A program made the translations under genes and the position numbers. The notes under the pieces are model-generated. The model ran no database searches and had not been told where the DNA came from. It worked only from the letters and a program-made list of their open reading frames with translations. 64,000 nt of DNA from Opitutales bacterium (GTDB taxonomy: Bacteria; Verrucomicrobiota; Verrucomicrobiia; Opitutales; UBA2987): assembly GCA_965226885.1 (NCBI GenBank), contig CBDDEL010000014.1, forward strand, positions 96,001 to 160,000. The letters run 5' to 3'. Below are positions 10,933 through 23,190 of the stretch, piece by piece. Within the stretch, counting starts at the first letter, position 1. Each line of letters begins with the position of its first letter.

Positions 10933-12499
10933 CCCGGATATTTCATGAAGGGTAAAGTTTGGCTCGTTATTGCTATTGGAGATGGATTTCTTTGTATTTT
11001 GAGCAGATCGTCTTGATTTTTAGGTGTTTTTCAGGGTGTAGAGACACTGCCCCCTTTCCCCCATTGGTTCGGTAGTGCCGGGGGCAGCACCAATGCACCC
11101 TTTAGGTTGGCACCAATCGGCGGGCCGCATGGTTGAAAAGACTGGCCCAAGGATAACTCTCACTTAGGTGAAAGTGAATCGTTCGGGTGTTGCGCACGAT
11201 GACCGCTCCGATCTTGATTAATTTGAGCCGCAGGGTGTGGCATTGGGCCCGCGCCCACTTCGTCCCTTTTAAGGCTAACCGGCGCATGGCTTCCATCAAG
11301 GTGTAGGCCAGCGCCGACAAGAGCAATCGCCACTGATTGGCCCACCATTGATGGGCGCTGGTGCGCTCGCTGAACAATTGCATCTGTTCCTTGATTCGGT
11401 TCTCCATTTCACCGCGGCCACAGTATACCTTGTCGTAAAGCTCCTGGGGATCGCCCGGCAGGTTCGTCACCACGAAGCGCGGGTTGGACCCCTGTGCGGT
11501 GTGTTCGGCTTTATGGATGACCAACCGCAGCCATCGCCACGAATCGGCAGTATAGACGAAGTCCTGGAATAACCGTTGTTTTTTACCCCTTAGTTCGAAC
11601 CATTCTTTGGCCTGCTTTTGCAACTGCTGGGCGTCTTGCTGCAAGCGTGCATTGCGAGCCATCCCCACGATGTAACTAACTTCGTTGCGGTCGCACCAAG
11701 AGAGTATCCGGTCTCGACAAAATCCACTGTCGGCGCGCCAAATAATCCGCGTACGGGGCCAGCTTTGGCGAATCCGTTTAACCAGCAATTTGAGGATGGC
11801 CCCGGCATGCTTGCTGGCATCGATCTTGCTCGGCCGCAGGTAGGCCACCAGCAGCTGATCACCGCAAAAAACATATAGCGGCAGAAAACAGTAATGATCA
11901 TAATAACCGTGGAAAAAACGTCCCTCCTGGAGCCCGTGCACCGGATTGTCGGTGGCGTCAAAGTCCAGGATGATCTCTTCGGGTTCCTCGGCAAAGGAGC
12001 CCATGAACTGTTCGACCAACAGCTCGTTTACCGCAAAGGCCGCCCGCCGATCCTGCCCGTTTTCAAAACGACACAAAGTCGGCGCGCTGGCCAACGTTTC
12101 AATGCGCCCCGTTACCGTTTGCAACAATGGATCGTGGCGCAGGGTATCAAAGTCGTTCAAATCCTCATAGCCCGCCACCAGCCCGTAAACGCGCTGCCGC
12201 AGCATCCCCAATACCTCATGGCGTACTTTGCCCTTCTGCCGTTTGTCCACTAACTGTCGGGCCGCTCGTTCGGTCAAGCCCAACTGCCGATCCACTTCCC
12301 GGATCAAAAGCAGTCCGGCATCCGAAGTAACCTCTCCGCCCTTGAAATCAACCCGCACACGGCGGCCTTTTACCCTTGTCAACTGTAGCTTTAATTGTTT
12401 ACCTTTTGTCATCGCTGATATTGCTTTAATTATTGATCTATCCTGCTGTATATCAGCAGTTAAGCATATCAACGATACTTTTTTTACGAAATATCCGGG
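10933..12499 (-). mobile_element. IS1380-A complete (1567 bp); transposase ORF 11102..12472
   Basis: IRs CCCGGATATTTC; TTAG on both sides; motifs TSDAGLLL, LDFDAT, RADSGF, RGEMENRIKE. Confidence 0.96.
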
Positions 12500-12503
12500 T
12501 TAG

Positions 12504-14070
12504 CCCGGATATTTCATGAAGGGTAAAGTTTGGCTCGTTATTGCTATTGGAGATGGATTTCTTTGTATTTTGAGCAGATCGTCTTGATTTTTAGGTGTTT
12601 TTCAGGGTGTAGAGACACTGCCCCCTTTCCCCCATTGGTTCGGTAGTGCCGGGGGCAGCACCAATGCACCCTTTAGGTTGGCACCAATCGGCGGGCCGCA
12701 TGGTTGAAAAGACTGGCCCAAGGATAACTCTCACTTAGGTGAAAGTGAATCGTTCGGGTGTTGCGCACGATGACCGCTCCGATCTTGATTAATTTGAGCC
12801 GCAGGGTGTGGCATTGGGCCCGCGCCCACTTCGTCCCTTTTAAGGCTAACCGGCGCATGGCTTCCATCAAGGTGTAGGCCAGCGCCGACAAGAGCAATCG
12901 CCACTGATTGGCCCACCATTGATGGGCGCTGGTGCGCTCGCTGAACAATTGCATCTGTTCCTTGATTCGGTTCTCCATTTCACCGCGGCCACAGTATACC
13001 TTGTCGTAAAGCTCCTGGGGATCGCCCGGCAGGTTCGTCACCACGAAGCGCGGGTTGGACCCCTGTGCGGTGTGTTCGGCTTTATGGATGACCAACCGCA
13101 GCCATCGCCACGAATCGGCAGCATAGACGAAGTCCTGGAATAACCGTTGTTTTTTACCCCTTAGTTCGAACCATTCTTTGGCCTGCTTTTGCAACTGCTG
13201 GGCGTCTTGCTGCAAGCGTGCATTGCGAGCCATCCCCACGATGTAACTAACTTCGTTGCGGTCGCACCAAGAGAGTATCCGGTCTCGACAAAATCCACTG
13301 TCGGCGCGCCAAATAATCCGCTTACGGGGCCAGCTTTGGCGAATCCGTTTAACCAGCAATTTGAGGATGGCCCCGGCATGCTTGCTGGCATCGATCTTGC
13401 TCGGCCGCAGGTAGGCCACCAGCAGCTGATCACCGCAAAAAACATATAGCGGCAGAAAACAGTAATGATCATAATAACCGTGGAAAAAACGTCCCTCCTG
13501 GAGCCCGTGCACCGGATTGTCGGTGGCGTCAAAGTCCAGGATGATCTCTTCGGGTTCCTCGGCAAAGGAGCCCATGAACTGTTCGACCAACAGCTCGTTT
13601 ACCGCAAAGGCCGCCCGCCGATCCTGCCCGTTTTCAAAACGACACAAAGTCGGCGCGCTGGCCAACGTTTCAATGCGCCCCGTTACCGTTTGCAACAATG
13701 GATCGTGGCGCAGGGTATCAAAGTCGTTCAAATCCTCATAGCCCGCCACCAGCCCGTAAACGCGCTGCCGCAGCATCCCCAATACCTCATGGCGTACTTT
13801 GCCCTTCTGCCGTTTGTCCACTAACTGTCGGGCCGCTCGTTCGGTCAAGCCCAACTGCCGATCCACTTCCCGGATCAAAAGCAGTCCGGCATCCGAAGTA
13901 ACCTCTCCGCCCTTGAAATCAACCCGCACACGGCGGCCTTTTACCCTTGTCAACTGTAGCTTTAATTGTTTACCTTTTGTCATCGCTGATATTGCTTTAA
14001 TTATTGATCTATCCTGCTGTATATCAGCAGTTAAGCATATCAACGATACTTTTTTTACGAAATATCCGGG
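12504..14070 (-). mobile_element. IS1380-A complete, tandem copy; transposase ORF 12673..14043
   Basis: Separated from previous copy by TTAG only; followed by TTAG at 14071-14074. Confidence 0.96.
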
Positions 14071-14102
14071 TTAGCTGTCCACAGACAGAATTATTATTTA
14101 AA

Positions 14103-14900
14103 ATGAAAACTAACTTTGTACGTAAAAAGCTGAAGCAAGGAGAAGCCAGTTTTGGAACCTGGCTGACCCTGCCCGATCCTGTTGCGGCCCAACTAATGGC
14201 TGGCGTGGGTTTCGATTGGTTAACGGTTGAAATGGAACATACCTCCATCGGTATTGATATGGCTCGGCAATGTTTCACCGCCATAACCACGCAAGATTGT
14301 GTTCCCCTGGTTCGGATCCCCTGGAATACCGGCGAAAACATCAAGCGTGTATTAGACAACGGGGCATGGGGCGTTATTGTTCCCATGGTAAATTCCAGGG
14401 CCGAGGCGGAAGCGGCGGTCGTCAATACCCGTTATAATCCAATAGGTAATCGATCCATTGGCGGCCAATTGCACGCGGCCAGCTTTGGCACGGACGCGGC
14501 AACCTATTACGAGCGGGCCAATGAAGAGATTTTATTGGTTTTAATGATCGAGCATGTCAAAGGAGTGGAAGCGGCGGACGATATTTTGAGTGTGCCCGGT
14601 GTCGATGCCGTTTTTATCGGTCCTAACGATCTTATGAATTCAATGGGCAAAAAGCCGACCTTTAATTCTGATGATGGGGAGTTTTCCCAAGCCGTGGAGC
14701 ATGTTTTAAAAACAGCCAAAGCGCATGGAGTGGCCCCGGGCATTCATGTGCCAGATGCCGAGACGGCTCACCGCCGCAGGGAGGAAGGATTTCAATTTAT
14801 TGCCATTACCAGTGAAGTTGGCATGATGTTGGCAAAGGCCTCCGATACGGTAAAGACGCTGGGGTTGGGCCAAGATAAACCTGCCGTGGCCAAGTACTGA
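14103..14900 (+). CDS. HpcH/HpaI aldolase family (2-keto-3-deoxy sugar acid aldolase)
   Basis: GFDWLTVEMEH, KRVLDNGAWGVIVPMV, MIEH, DAVFIGPNDL; ATG at 14103. Confidence 0.9.
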   Translation: MKTNFVRKKLKQGEASFGTWLTLPDPVAAQLMAGVGFDWLTVEMEHTSIGIDMARQCFTAITTQDCVPLVRIPWNTGENIKRVLDNGAWGVIVPMVNSRAEAEAAVVNTRYNPIGNRSIGGQLHAASFGTDAATYYERANEEILLVLMIEHVKGVEAADDILSVPGVDAVFIGPNDLMNSMGKKPTFNSDDGEFSQAVEHVLKTAKAHGVAPGIHVPDAETAHRRREEGFQFIAITSEVGMMLAKASDTVKTLGLGQDKPAVAKY

Positions 14901-15008
14901 CGCTAGGTTAATTTAGCATTGTTTAAGTCATAAAGACCACAAGCCGAGTTTCCTCACTTTTTCGAGCGCTTCATCCATTGAGGGCAATAGGGATGCCATT
15001 TTTTTTCC

Positions 15009-15528
15009 TGATCGGACCCCATCTTTGCTTCCACTTTAAGTGAGAGTATTTCCGTAGGTTAGGTATTGTAGGTTTTGCAGGGGGGTGGCGGAATGAGGCC
15101 GTAGGCCGAATGGAGCCAGCCGCTGCTTTGTTGATTGTTCGCCAGAGTCTGGCGAATGTATTGGGGGAGCGAAAGCCAAATCGACTGTGGGGGTGTTTTG
15201 CGTTGTATCGGTGTCGCTACGCTCGATAGCCATAGCGAGGATGTTTCTTCGAAAAGGCAATGATGCGTGCCACCAGTTTATGCCTATACTCAGTAGCTTC
15301 CTTGGGTTCATACAGGTAGGTTGAGCGGTGCAACCCAAAATACTGACAGGCCCGACGCAGCGAGCACGACCCTCGGGCCAATACATGCTTCACCGCTTCC
15401 TTCTTCTACTTCGCGCAGTATCGTTATGATTTGTTCAGGGGTGTATCTTTTTTGCTTCATAGGTCTTTCCGGTAATTTCTCCAGAAAGACTCTCACTGGC
15501 AATGGCCGTGTTTTTGGCGGTCACATCA
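15009..15528 (-). mobile_element. Internally deleted IS3-family element type C (520 bp) retaining both ends
   Basis: Ends TGATGTGACC / TGATCGGACC; OrfA start MKQKRYTPEQIITILRE fused to OrfB N-terminus (RRACQYFGLHRSTYLY...HPRYGYR) and then OrfB C-terminus (YNAKHPHSRFGFRSP). Confidence 0.8.
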
Positions 15529-15600
15529 ATTTGAATGATTGATTTGCTTATCCCTATAAACTTGAAAGTTCGAATAGTCTGAAGAGGGAAAAATTTGGGC

Positions 15601-16030
15601 ATGATGATACCGAAACCGAAATTTCATTTTGATCCCTACGATCCGCAATTCATGGAAAACCCTTACCCCGCTTACCACCGACTTCGCTCTGAAACGCCCA
15701 TCTTCTTCTATGAGGACTGGAATCTGTGGTTTTTTACCACTTACGAGGATATTGCCACTTTGCTGGGGGATAAACGGCTGGGCCGCACCATGGACCACGT
15801 TATTTCCGAGGAGGAGGTTGGGCAAAAACGGAAAGCCGCCCACTGGCACAAACACCCGTATTTCACCCGCTATGTGCGGCAGAATTTTATGGAAAAAGAC
15901 GGGGTCGATCACGCCCGTCTGCGCAAGCTCGCCCACAAGGTTTTTACTCCCGTTCGGGTGCGCGGCCTGGAAAACCGCATCCAGGAAATAACGGATCGGC
16001 TGCTCGACAAGGTGGAAACCCAGACGGTTG
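15601..16030 (+). pseudogene. Cytochrome P450 N-terminal fragment
   Basis: NPYPAYHRLRSETPI, DHARLRKLAHKVFTP; lacks ExxR and heme Cys; runs into the dnaE 3' end. Confidence 0.85.
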
Positions 16031-16074
16031 CCAGGTTTTGTCTTCCGCAGCGTGGAGGAGTTGCCGGTCGTGTT

Positions 16075-19000
16075 TTAAGCGCCGACCGGTTGTTTGCGCC
16101 AGCGGTTGTTTTCGACCGGAGGAAGTTCCGCTGATTGGATTTGGACCCCATATACCGCCGGATGCCGGCGAAGGTTTTTGTAAGTTTCCAGGGTCGGCTG
16201 CCATCGCAGGGAGCGGGGGGTGTCGGCCATGGCGGCGTAGTCCCCATCCATGAAAATCCCGATGCGGAGTTTTGTTTCCCCCGGTGAGCGGGCAATTTCT
16301 TTGAGCAACAAACCGAGAAATTCATCGCATTGAACGCCGGGGCGCAGGATCCAGTCGATTTCCTCGATCAGCCGGAAGGGGAAGGGATCGAGCAAACTGG
16401 CTTCGGAGACGCTTAGCCGGGGGTCGTCCTCGCGGTTAAAAACCGTTCCGGTAACCATGAGGATATTTCCCGGCTGGACACATTCACCGCACCGGGAATA
16501 GGGCTCGGTATATATATTGAGAGGAAAATTCGCTTTGCGACCGCTCAATAAAACAATCGCCCAGGGCCTGTTATCGCGACGGGAGATTTTTTTGGTGACT
16601 TGGGAGACGACTCCGCAAAGCCGGAACGGGGTGCGGTCGGGCAGGGTCAAATACTCCTCGCCCGCGATCGTGTCGATGTTCTCGGCCAGACCGGCATAGG
16701 CGTTCATGGGATGGCCGGAAACATAAAACCCGAGCAACTCTTTTTCGGACTGCAATTTATCATTGAGCGACATGCTGAGGTCCTCATCTTCCGTTCCGTT
16801 GGCATGGGCGCTGCCGTTGGAACTGTGGCTGACTACAGGCACATCAAGGATATCGAAAAAGGATTCCTGGCCGCGCTCGCGGTCTCGCTGCATTTCAGCG
16901 ACTTCGTTCATGGTCGCTTCAAGGTTTTTGAGGAGGAACCCTCGGTCCTGGTTTGAGAAATCGAAAGCTCCGGTCTTGATGAGGCATTCATAAACACGCT
17001 TATTGACAGCCCGGGCATCGACGCGGGAAGCGAAATCGTGGAAGTCTTGAAATTTGCCTCCTGTTTCACGCTCTTCGAGAATCTTGCTAGCGGCGGCGTC
17101 ACCCACACCTTTGATGGCTGCCAATCCAAATCGTATGCTGTCCTGGCCGGTTTGGGTGTTAAAAATGGGAGTAAAATTTTCCCTCGACAGGTTAATGTCG
17201 GGGCCGAGCACGGGAATCTCCAAGGCGGAGCATTCTTCAATAAAATGGGCCACCTTGTCGGCGTTTCCCAATTCATTGGAAAGCACCGCGGCCATGAATT
17301 GGACCGGGTAATTGGCTTTCAGGTAGGCGGTCTGGTAGGAGATTACCCCGTAGGCGGCGGAGTGGGATTTGTTGAACCCGTAGCTGGCGAATTTTCCCAG
17401 CAGTGCAAAGATTTCCAGGGCCGTATGGCGATCCAGGTCGTGGGTGGTCCTGGCCCCGTCAACAAAGACCTGGCGCTGCTTTTTCATTTCCGCAACCTTC
17501 TTTTTTCCCATGGCGCGGCGGAGGATGTCGGCCCCTCCAAGGGAATATCCGGCGATAATCTGAGCCGCTTCCATGACCTGCTCCTGATAAACCATGACGC
17601 CGTAGGTTTCCCGGCATATACCCTCCAGCAGAGGATGGGGATACTTGACCGTGGAGGGGTCCTGTTTGCCCCGCACATAATCGGGTATGAGGTCCATGGG
17701 CCCGGGCCGGTAAAGGGCGATGAGGGCGATGATTTCGTCGATGCTGGCGATTTTGAACTGCCGGCAGAGACTTTGCATGCCGAGTGATTCCAGTTGAAAG
17801 ACTCCCACCGTTTTGCCGCTGTTGAACAGATCGAAGGTCCCGGCGTCGTCGAAAGTGATTTTCTCGATATCGAAGTCTGCCTGGGCGGTTCGCCGGACGT
17901 GTTTTTGGGCGTCGTCGATCACGGTCAGGGTTTTTAATCCCAGAAAGTCCATTTTGAGAAGGCCCAGATCCTCCACCGGTTCTTTGGGGTATTGGGTCGT
18001 GAGGTCTCCTTCCTGCAAGGTCAGGGGAACCAGCTCGTCCAGCCGCCCATCGCCGATGATGATGCCGCAGGCGTGTTTGCCGGTGTTGCGTACCATGCCC
18101 TCGATGATCCGTCCATGTTCGACAATTTTCGCCGCCAGAGGGTTGTTGCTCACTTCCTGTTTCAGCTCGAGGCTTTTATCCAGCGCCTGGTCGAGTGAGA
18201 TATTGAGGTTGTCGGGCACCATCTTGGCGATGCGGTCGGCCTCGGCGTAGGGAATATCGAGCACCCGGGCGACATCGCGCACCACCATTTTGGGTCCGAA
18301 TTTTCCAAAAGTGATGATATTGGCTACGCTTTCCTGACCGTATTTTTCCCGCACATAATCGACCACTTCATCCCGCCGGCGCATGCAAAAATCGATATCG
18401 AAATCGGGCGGTGAGACGCGCTCGGGGTTGAGCATGCGCTCGAAGAGGAGCTTGAAGCGAATGGGATCGACGCCGGTGATCTTGGTCAGGTAGGCGACAA
18501 TGCTGCCCGCGCCAGACCCGCGCCCCGGACCGACCGGAATGCCCTTGCCCAAGGCCCAGTTGGTGAAATCCTGAACGATGAGAAAGTAATCGACGAAGCC
18601 CATTTTCTCGATCACCCCCAATTCGTAATCGAGCCGCTCAACGAGGGTTTGGGCCAGGTCTTTGGGTTCTGAAGGCTTCGGTTGATAGCCCTCCGGGTTT
18701 TCATAATCCACCCCGTAACGTTCTTTTAAACCTTTAAGGCAGAGGACTTTTAAGTAAGAGGCGTTGTCCGCGCAGGCGACCTGAATCTCAATTGGCCGCT
18801 CGAAAACCGGAAAATGATTTTTTCCGAATGGCAGTTGCACCTCGCACATTTCGGCTACCGCATTGGTATTGATCAGAGAATCGGGGCGTTCGCGAAAAAT
18901 CGCCTCCATCTCATCACGCGATTTGAGATAAAACTGATCGTTGGCGTAGCGCATGCGTTTTTCGTCCGCCACTTTGGAACCGGTTTGAATGCACAGGAGG

Positions 19001-19671
19001 ACATCGTGGGTGGGGGCGTCGTTTCGCTCCACATAATGCACGTCATTGGTGCAAACGACCTTCAGGTCGAACATCCCGGCCAGCTTGAGCAAGCCCGGTA
19101 TGATCTGCCGCTGCTCCTCAATGGTGTGGTCCTGGATTTCGACGAAATAATTTTCTTTGCCAAAAATATCCACAAATTTGCCGGTCCACTCTTTGGCAGC
19201 CTCGAAATCTTCATTCAAAAGCGCTTGGGGGACAACGCCTTGCAAGCAACCGGTAAAACCAATAAGGCCTTCGGCATGGGCCGCCAAGGTGGTAAAATCG
19301 GCTCTCGGCTTGTAATAAAAGCCCTTCACGTGAGCATCGGAAACCAGGCGCACGAGATTCCGGTAACCCTCAAAGTTCCTGGCCAATAGACCCATATGAA
19401 ACGCTTTTTTACGCGTTGGGGCGCCTTTTTCGGTCCGATCCCCGGTCGTCAGGTAAATCTCACAGCCGAGCAGGGGTTTGATCCCGCTTTGCCCAGCTTT
19501 CTTAAAAAAATCGACCAACCCGAAAAGGCAGCCGTGGTCGGTTATGGCGATCGAATTCATGCCAAGCTCCGCCGTCCTCTTCATCAGCCGGTCGATGCGG
19601 CAGGCGCCATCCAGCAGGCTGTAGTCGGTGTGAACGTGAAGGTGGACGAACTCCTTATCGCGGGCAGGCAT
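16075..19671 (-). CDS. dnaE: DNA polymerase III alpha subunit
   Basis: [40 protein letters not shown]; 1198 aa, no intein seen. Confidence 0.98.
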   Translation of the reverse strand: MPARDKEFVHLHVHTDYSLLDGACRIDRLMKRTAELGMNSIAITDHGCLFGLVDFFKKAGQSGIKPLLGCEIYLTTGDRTEKGAPTRKKAFHMGLLARNFEGYRNLVRLVSDAHVKGFYYKPRADFTTLAAHAEGLIGFTGCLQGVVPQALLNEDFEAAKEWTGKFVDIFGKENYFVEIQDHTIEEQRQIIPGLLKLAGMFDLKVVCTNDVHYVERNDAPTHDVLLCIQTGSKVADEKRMRYANDQFYLKSRDEMEAIFRERPDSLINTNAVAEMCEVQLPFGKNHFPVFERPIEIQVACADNASYLKVLCLKGLKERYGVDYENPEGYQPKPSEPKDLAQTLVERLDYELGVIEKMGFVDYFLIVQDFTNWALGKGIPVGPGRGSGAGSIVAYLTKITGVDPIRFKLLFERMLNPERVSPPDFDIDFCMRRRDEVVDYVREKYGQESVANIITFGKFGPKMVVRDVARVLDIPYAEADRIAKMVPDNLNISLDQALDKSLELKQEVSNNPLAAKIVEHGRIIEGMVRNTGKHACGIIIGDGRLDELVPLTLQEGDLTTQYPKEPVEDLGLLKMDFLGLKTLTVIDDAQKHVRRTAQADFDIEKITFDDAGTFDLFNSGKTVGVFQLESLGMQSLCRQFKIASIDEIIALIALYRPGPMDLIPDYVRGKQDPSTVKYPHPLLEGICRETYGVMVYQEQVMEAAQIIAGYSLGGADILRRAMGKKKVAEMKKQRQVFVDGARTTHDLDRHTALEIFALLGKFASYGFNKSHSAAYGVISYQTAYLKANYPVQFMAAVLSNELGNADKVAHFIEECSALEIPVLGPDINLSRENFTPIFNTQTGQDSIRFGLAAIKGVGDAAASKILEERETGGKFQDFHDFASRVDARAVNKRVYECLIKTGAFDFSNQDRGFLLKNLEATMNEVAEMQRDRERGQESFFDILDVPVVSHSSNGSAHANGTEDEDLSMSLNDKLQSEKELLGFYVSGHPMNAYAGLAENIDTIAGEEYLTLPDRTPFRLCGVVSQVTKKISRRDNRPWAIVLLSGRKANFPLNIYTEPYSRCGECVQPGNILMVTGTVFNREDDPRLSVSEASLLDPFPFRLIEEIDWILRPGVQCDEFLGLLLKEIARSPGETKLRIGIFMDGDYAAMADTPRSLRWQPTLETYKNLRRHPAVYGVQIQSAELPPVENNRWRKQPVGA

Positions 19672-19850
19672 GTGCTTGTAAAATCAACCTCACAAGGAAC
19701 GTATTACAAGCAGGAATTATTGGATTTGTTCACAATTTGTGCTCGGCGTTCTTAAATGCGGATTTGCCTTAAAAAATAGTTGACCTCTCCCGATAAAATG
19801 GCCTCACTTCCTTTCCTTTTAAATATCCATCCCATCCCAACCAGGGAACT

Positions 19851-20051
19851 ATGTCCGTCGAAGTAAAAATACGCAGAGGTGAACCCATGGAGCGCGCGCT
19901 CCGGCGTTTGAAAAAGAAGCTTGATCGTGAAGGTGTCATTCGCGACGTACGCTCAAAGCGGTATTTCGAGAAACCATCCGAGGTGAAACGGCGCAAAAAG
20001 AAAGTCATGGACTTCTCCAATATGCTGCGTCTTCGGCACGAAAACAGGTAA
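19851..20051 (+). CDS. rpsU: 30S ribosomal protein S21
   Basis: EPMERALRRLKKK...RYFEKPSEVKRRK. Confidence 0.96.
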   Translation: MSVEVKIRRGEPMERALRRLKKKLDREGVIRDVRSKRYFEKPSEVKRRKKKVMDFSNMLRLRHENR

Positions 20052-20184
20052 TTCATTCCGATCGGGTTTCGTTCGGTTTTTGGCCCTGCGGCGGAAAAAA
20101 TACTGGCTCCCTGCCGGCGGCGACGGATGAAGCATTTCATTCGAGCATGCGTGGTGGAGTGTGGACCAGGACCAGACGCCAGCG

Positions 20185-21132
20185 ATGAAACCTAAAATCG
20201 CCCTCTCTACCTGTTGGTGTTCGCACCGGCATACCGACGGCTTCGAGATGGCGCGGGAGATGGCGGGCCTCGGTTTTGAATACATTGAGCTGAGCCACGG
20301 CATTCGCATTTCCCTGGTTCCCGGAATTTTGAAAGCGCTGGAGGAGGGTTTGGTGAAAATTTCCTCGGTCCACAATTTTTGTCCACTGCCCACAGGGGTT
20401 ATGCATGCGGCTCCCAATATTTTCCTGCCCACATCCAGCGACCAGGGTGAAATAGCCTCCTGGATCCGCTATACTCGCCGGACCATCGAATTTGCCGCCC
20501 AGGTAAAAGCGGACCGCATCATTTTGCATTGCGGCAAGACGCCCTTTTCCTGGTTCGATCCGGGAAAAACCCTCAAGCGCTATCGTTCGGGAAAAAACCG
20601 GCAGGAATTATCCACCGATCCACGCTATTCCCGGATCCTGGAAAAATGCCTGGACAAGGTAATGAGAAAAAAAGCTCGTTACATGAATCATTTGCGTTCC
20701 TCGCTGGAGACGGTTATTCCTTTGGCCCGGGAACGCGGCATCCGGCTCGGCCTGGAAAACCGGGAGAGTCTTGTGGAACTGCCTCTGGATGCCGAGATGG
20801 CTCCGTTTCTCGATAAAATGGGACGCTCCGGCGTCGTTGGTTACTGGCACGATACTGGCCATGCCCGCCTCAAGGAAATACTCGGCATCATCAGCCAGGA
20901 ACGACTGCTTTCGGAAAATCAAAACCGGCTCCTCGGCTTTCACCTCCACGATGTCGATGCCCATGAGAGGGATCACCAACCCATCGGTACCGGTGCCATC
21001 GATTTCAAAAAAATCGCCTCCTACTTCCGCCCCGGCCAAGTCCTCGTCCTGGAAATGAGTCCCCGCCTCAGTGAGGAGCAGGTCACAGAATCAAAGTATC
21101 GCCTCGAAGGCCTTCTTGCGGATAATAGATAG
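20185..21132 (+). CDS. Sugar phosphate isomerase/epimerase family TIM barrel
   Basis: IELSHG, LGLENRE, WHDTGH, FHLHD motifs. Confidence 0.85.
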   Translation: MKPKIALSTCWCSHRHTDGFEMAREMAGLGFEYIELSHGIRISLVPGILKALEEGLVKISSVHNFCPLPTGVMHAAPNIFLPTSSDQGEIASWIRYTRRTIEFAAQVKADRIILHCGKTPFSWFDPGKTLKRYRSGKNRQELSTDPRYSRILEKCLDKVMRKKARYMNHLRSSLETVIPLARERGIRLGLENRESLVELPLDAEMAPFLDKMGRSGVVGYWHDTGHARLKEILGIISQERLLSENQNRLLGFHLHDVDAHERDHQPIGTGAIDFKKIASYFRPGQVLVLEMSPRLSEEQVTESKYRLEGLLADNR

Positions 21133-21148
21133 TTAATTACTTCCTCCA

Positions 21149-21580
21149 ATGCCCTCTCAATTCACAATTTTACGAACGGTTGAATTCCACCAAACGGATG
21201 CTGCCGGGGTTGTTCATTTTTCCAATTTTTTCACTTATATGGAAGAAGCCGAACATGCTTTTTTAGATTCTTTGGGCATTCCTGTATATGTAAAAGAGGG
21301 GGACGGTTGGCGTGGTTGGCCGCGTATCCGGGCTTCCTGCGATTATAAATCACCGCTGGGGTTTCAGGATAAATTTGAAATCGAATTGCAGACGCTTGAA
21401 ATCGGTCCCAAGACAGTAAAATACGGATTTCGTTTTCTGAAAATCATGGATGATAACCAAAAGAAAAAAGTGGCCGAAGGGGAAATGACTTCAATTTATG
21501 CCCGCAAAAACCTTTCCGACGATGAAATCGAACCGATTCCCATACCGCAGGATATACTGCACAAAATCCGCCCGGACTGA
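21149..21580 (+). CDS. Acyl-CoA thioesterase (4HBT/hotdog fold)
   Basis: VEFHQTDAAGVVHFSNFFTYMEEA. Confidence 0.9.
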   Translation: MPSQFTILRTVEFHQTDAAGVVHFSNFFTYMEEAEHAFLDSLGIPVYVKEGDGWRGWPRIRASCDYKSPLGFQDKFEIELQTLEIGPKTVKYGFRFLKIMDDNQKKKVAEGEMTSIYARKNLSDDEIEPIPIPQDILHKIRPD

Positions 21581-21590
21581 ATGGCGCGGT

Positions 21591-22325
21591 TCATCCATTT
21601 ATGAGGTGTAAAATGCCAGTCAAACCGAGAAACCCAAAAACGACGGCTTTGAGGTGAATGGAGTCAACCCGGCGACCGAACTTGAGCCCTGCCAAAATCG
21701 CGACCGCGATGGGAATCGAGGTCCAAAGGGTGATCTTGATAATTCGGGGCAAATCATCGGTCGTGATGCCTATGAAGAGAAAGCGGGTGAAAGTGGTGGC
21801 GGCGTAAACCGCGGCCAGGGTGGCTTTCATTTTATCAATGGGCCAGTTGCGTGAAAAGACGTAAGCAACCGATGGCGGACCGCCGGCATTGAAGGAGCCA
21901 GCCAGGGAGCCGGCCAGCAATCCAACAAATAATCCCGACGATTTAGGAATTTTGAAGCCGTATTTTCGTTCCAGCACGAAGTGGTTTATGCTTATCAAGA
22001 GCATAAGTGCGCCGAAGATGCGGAGGAGGATCGATTCGGGAATACTGACCAGAACATAGACCCCGAAGGGTACACCAAGCACGCTGCCGATGATCAATCT
22101 ACGGGCGGAAGCCCATTGAAAGTGGCTCCGGGTGCCGGCCACAGATACTCCCATGGCAACAAAGTTTAGCAAAATGAGAAGGCCAACGGCGTCTCGCAGG
22201 GGGAGCAATAGGGGCAGAATAGAAATGGCCAGAATGGCAAAACCAAAGCCGAGGACGCCCTGGACAAAACCGCTGGCGAGGAGGATAACGAGAATTATCA
22301 AATTGAATAAATTAAGTAAATCCAT
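21591..22325 (-). CDS. Sulfite exporter TauE/SafE family membrane protein
   Basis: GFVQGVLGFGFA, GSFNAGGPP; multiple hydrophobic helices. Confidence 0.88.
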   Translation of the reverse strand: MDLLNLFNLIILVILLASGFVQGVLGFGFAILAISILPLLLPLRDAVGLLILLNFVAMGVSVAGTRSHFQWASARRLIIGSVLGVPFGVYVLVSIPESILLRIFGALMLLISINHFVLERKYGFKIPKSSGLFVGLLAGSLAGSFNAGGPPSVAYVFSRNWPIDKMKATLAAVYAATTFTRFLFIGITTDDLPRIIKITLWTSIPIAVAILAGLKFGRRVDSIHLKAVVFGFLGLTGILHLING

Positions 22326-22407
22326 GCTGTCAGTCCTATAAATTCGATCGAGGAATGGATTGTCCTATTCCCGCAATTTCGACAGTTGGTGCGCAGCTCA
22401 CCAGGCA

Positions 22408-23190
22408 TTACGACTTCCCGGTTAGATAACCGAGCGAAAAAAGAAATGTTTCGGTGGCGCGCATAGTTTCATCAAAAGGGCGATCTTCATTGCGGCCAAA
22501 ATTAAAGAAGCCGTGATCCATGTCCTTAAATTGATGGATGTGGCAACGATTTCCGGCCTCTTTCATCTTTATTTGAAACCGTTCGATGTCTCTTATTGGG
22601 ACGATTTTGTCTTGGGTTCCGTGAAAAATGATGGTGGGCGGGCCGTTTGAAGAAACATAATGAAGCGGAGAAATCTCCCGACGCCGGTCGCCTATGAGCT
22701 TTTTGCATAATTCAAGCTCGGTAGTATCGACCACCGGATTGAATAAAACCAAAGCATCCGGCCGGCAACTTATGGCGAGGTCATCAGAGGGATTGTCATT
22801 CCCTGCGATGAAAGCTGTTGAAACTGCCAGATGACCGCCCGCGGAACCACCGCCAGCGATGATTTTTCCCGGATCGATGTCCCAATCCCGTGCATTTTGG
22901 CGAAGCCATCGAATGGCCGATTTAGCATCCATCAAGGCGTCAAAGGGAGTTGTTCCGTGACGGTCCCTAACCCGGTATTCCGCACAAACGGCGACCAGTC
23001 CACGAGTCGCCAAAAACCTGCTTTGTTCTTTAAACTGGTCGATATCGCCGTGCGTCCAACCACCTCCGAAAAAGAAGACCACAGCTGGCCCAAGCTCTGG
23101 CCGATGAGCGACCTCCGGCTTATAAATTTTCATGAATAACGAGGTTTCGCCAATGGTTTTATAGACGATACGATTTACTGAAATTTTCAT
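22408..23190 (-). CDS. Alpha/beta hydrolase (carboxylesterase/lipase-like)
   Basis: FFGGGW, GGSAGGHLA, HGTQD, HGFFN; likely ATG at 23190. Confidence 0.9.
   Translation of the reverse strand: MKISVNRIVYKTIGETSLFMKIYKPEVAHRPELGPAVVFFFGGGWTHGDIDQFKEQSRFLATRGLVAVCAEYRVRDRHGTTPFDALMDAKSAIRWLRQNARDWDIDPGKIIAGGGSAGGHLAVSTAFIAGNDNPSDDLAISCRPDALVLFNPVVDTTELELCKKLIGDRRREISPLHYVSSNGPPTIIFHGTQDKIVPIRDIERFQIKMKEAGNRCHIHQFKDMDHGFFNFGRNEDRPFDETMRATETFLFSLGYLTGKS

Noticed and set aside
11160..12503. Many recurrent short or antisense ORFs inside IS copies (e.g. MPRNPKR..., MIIITVEK..., MIILMNEK...)
   Set aside because: They recur only because the IS are multicopy; shadow frames with no motif support
14004..14102. 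N-terminal extension of the aldolase
   Set aside because: Derived largely from the IS1380 end; family-like start is the ATG at 14103
16075..19671. Intein or split in dnaE
   Set aside because: Normal length, continuous motifs, no intein junction residues seen
19780..19810. Sigma70 promoter for rpsU
   Set aside because: TTGACC -35-like hexamer present but no convincing -10 at proper spacing
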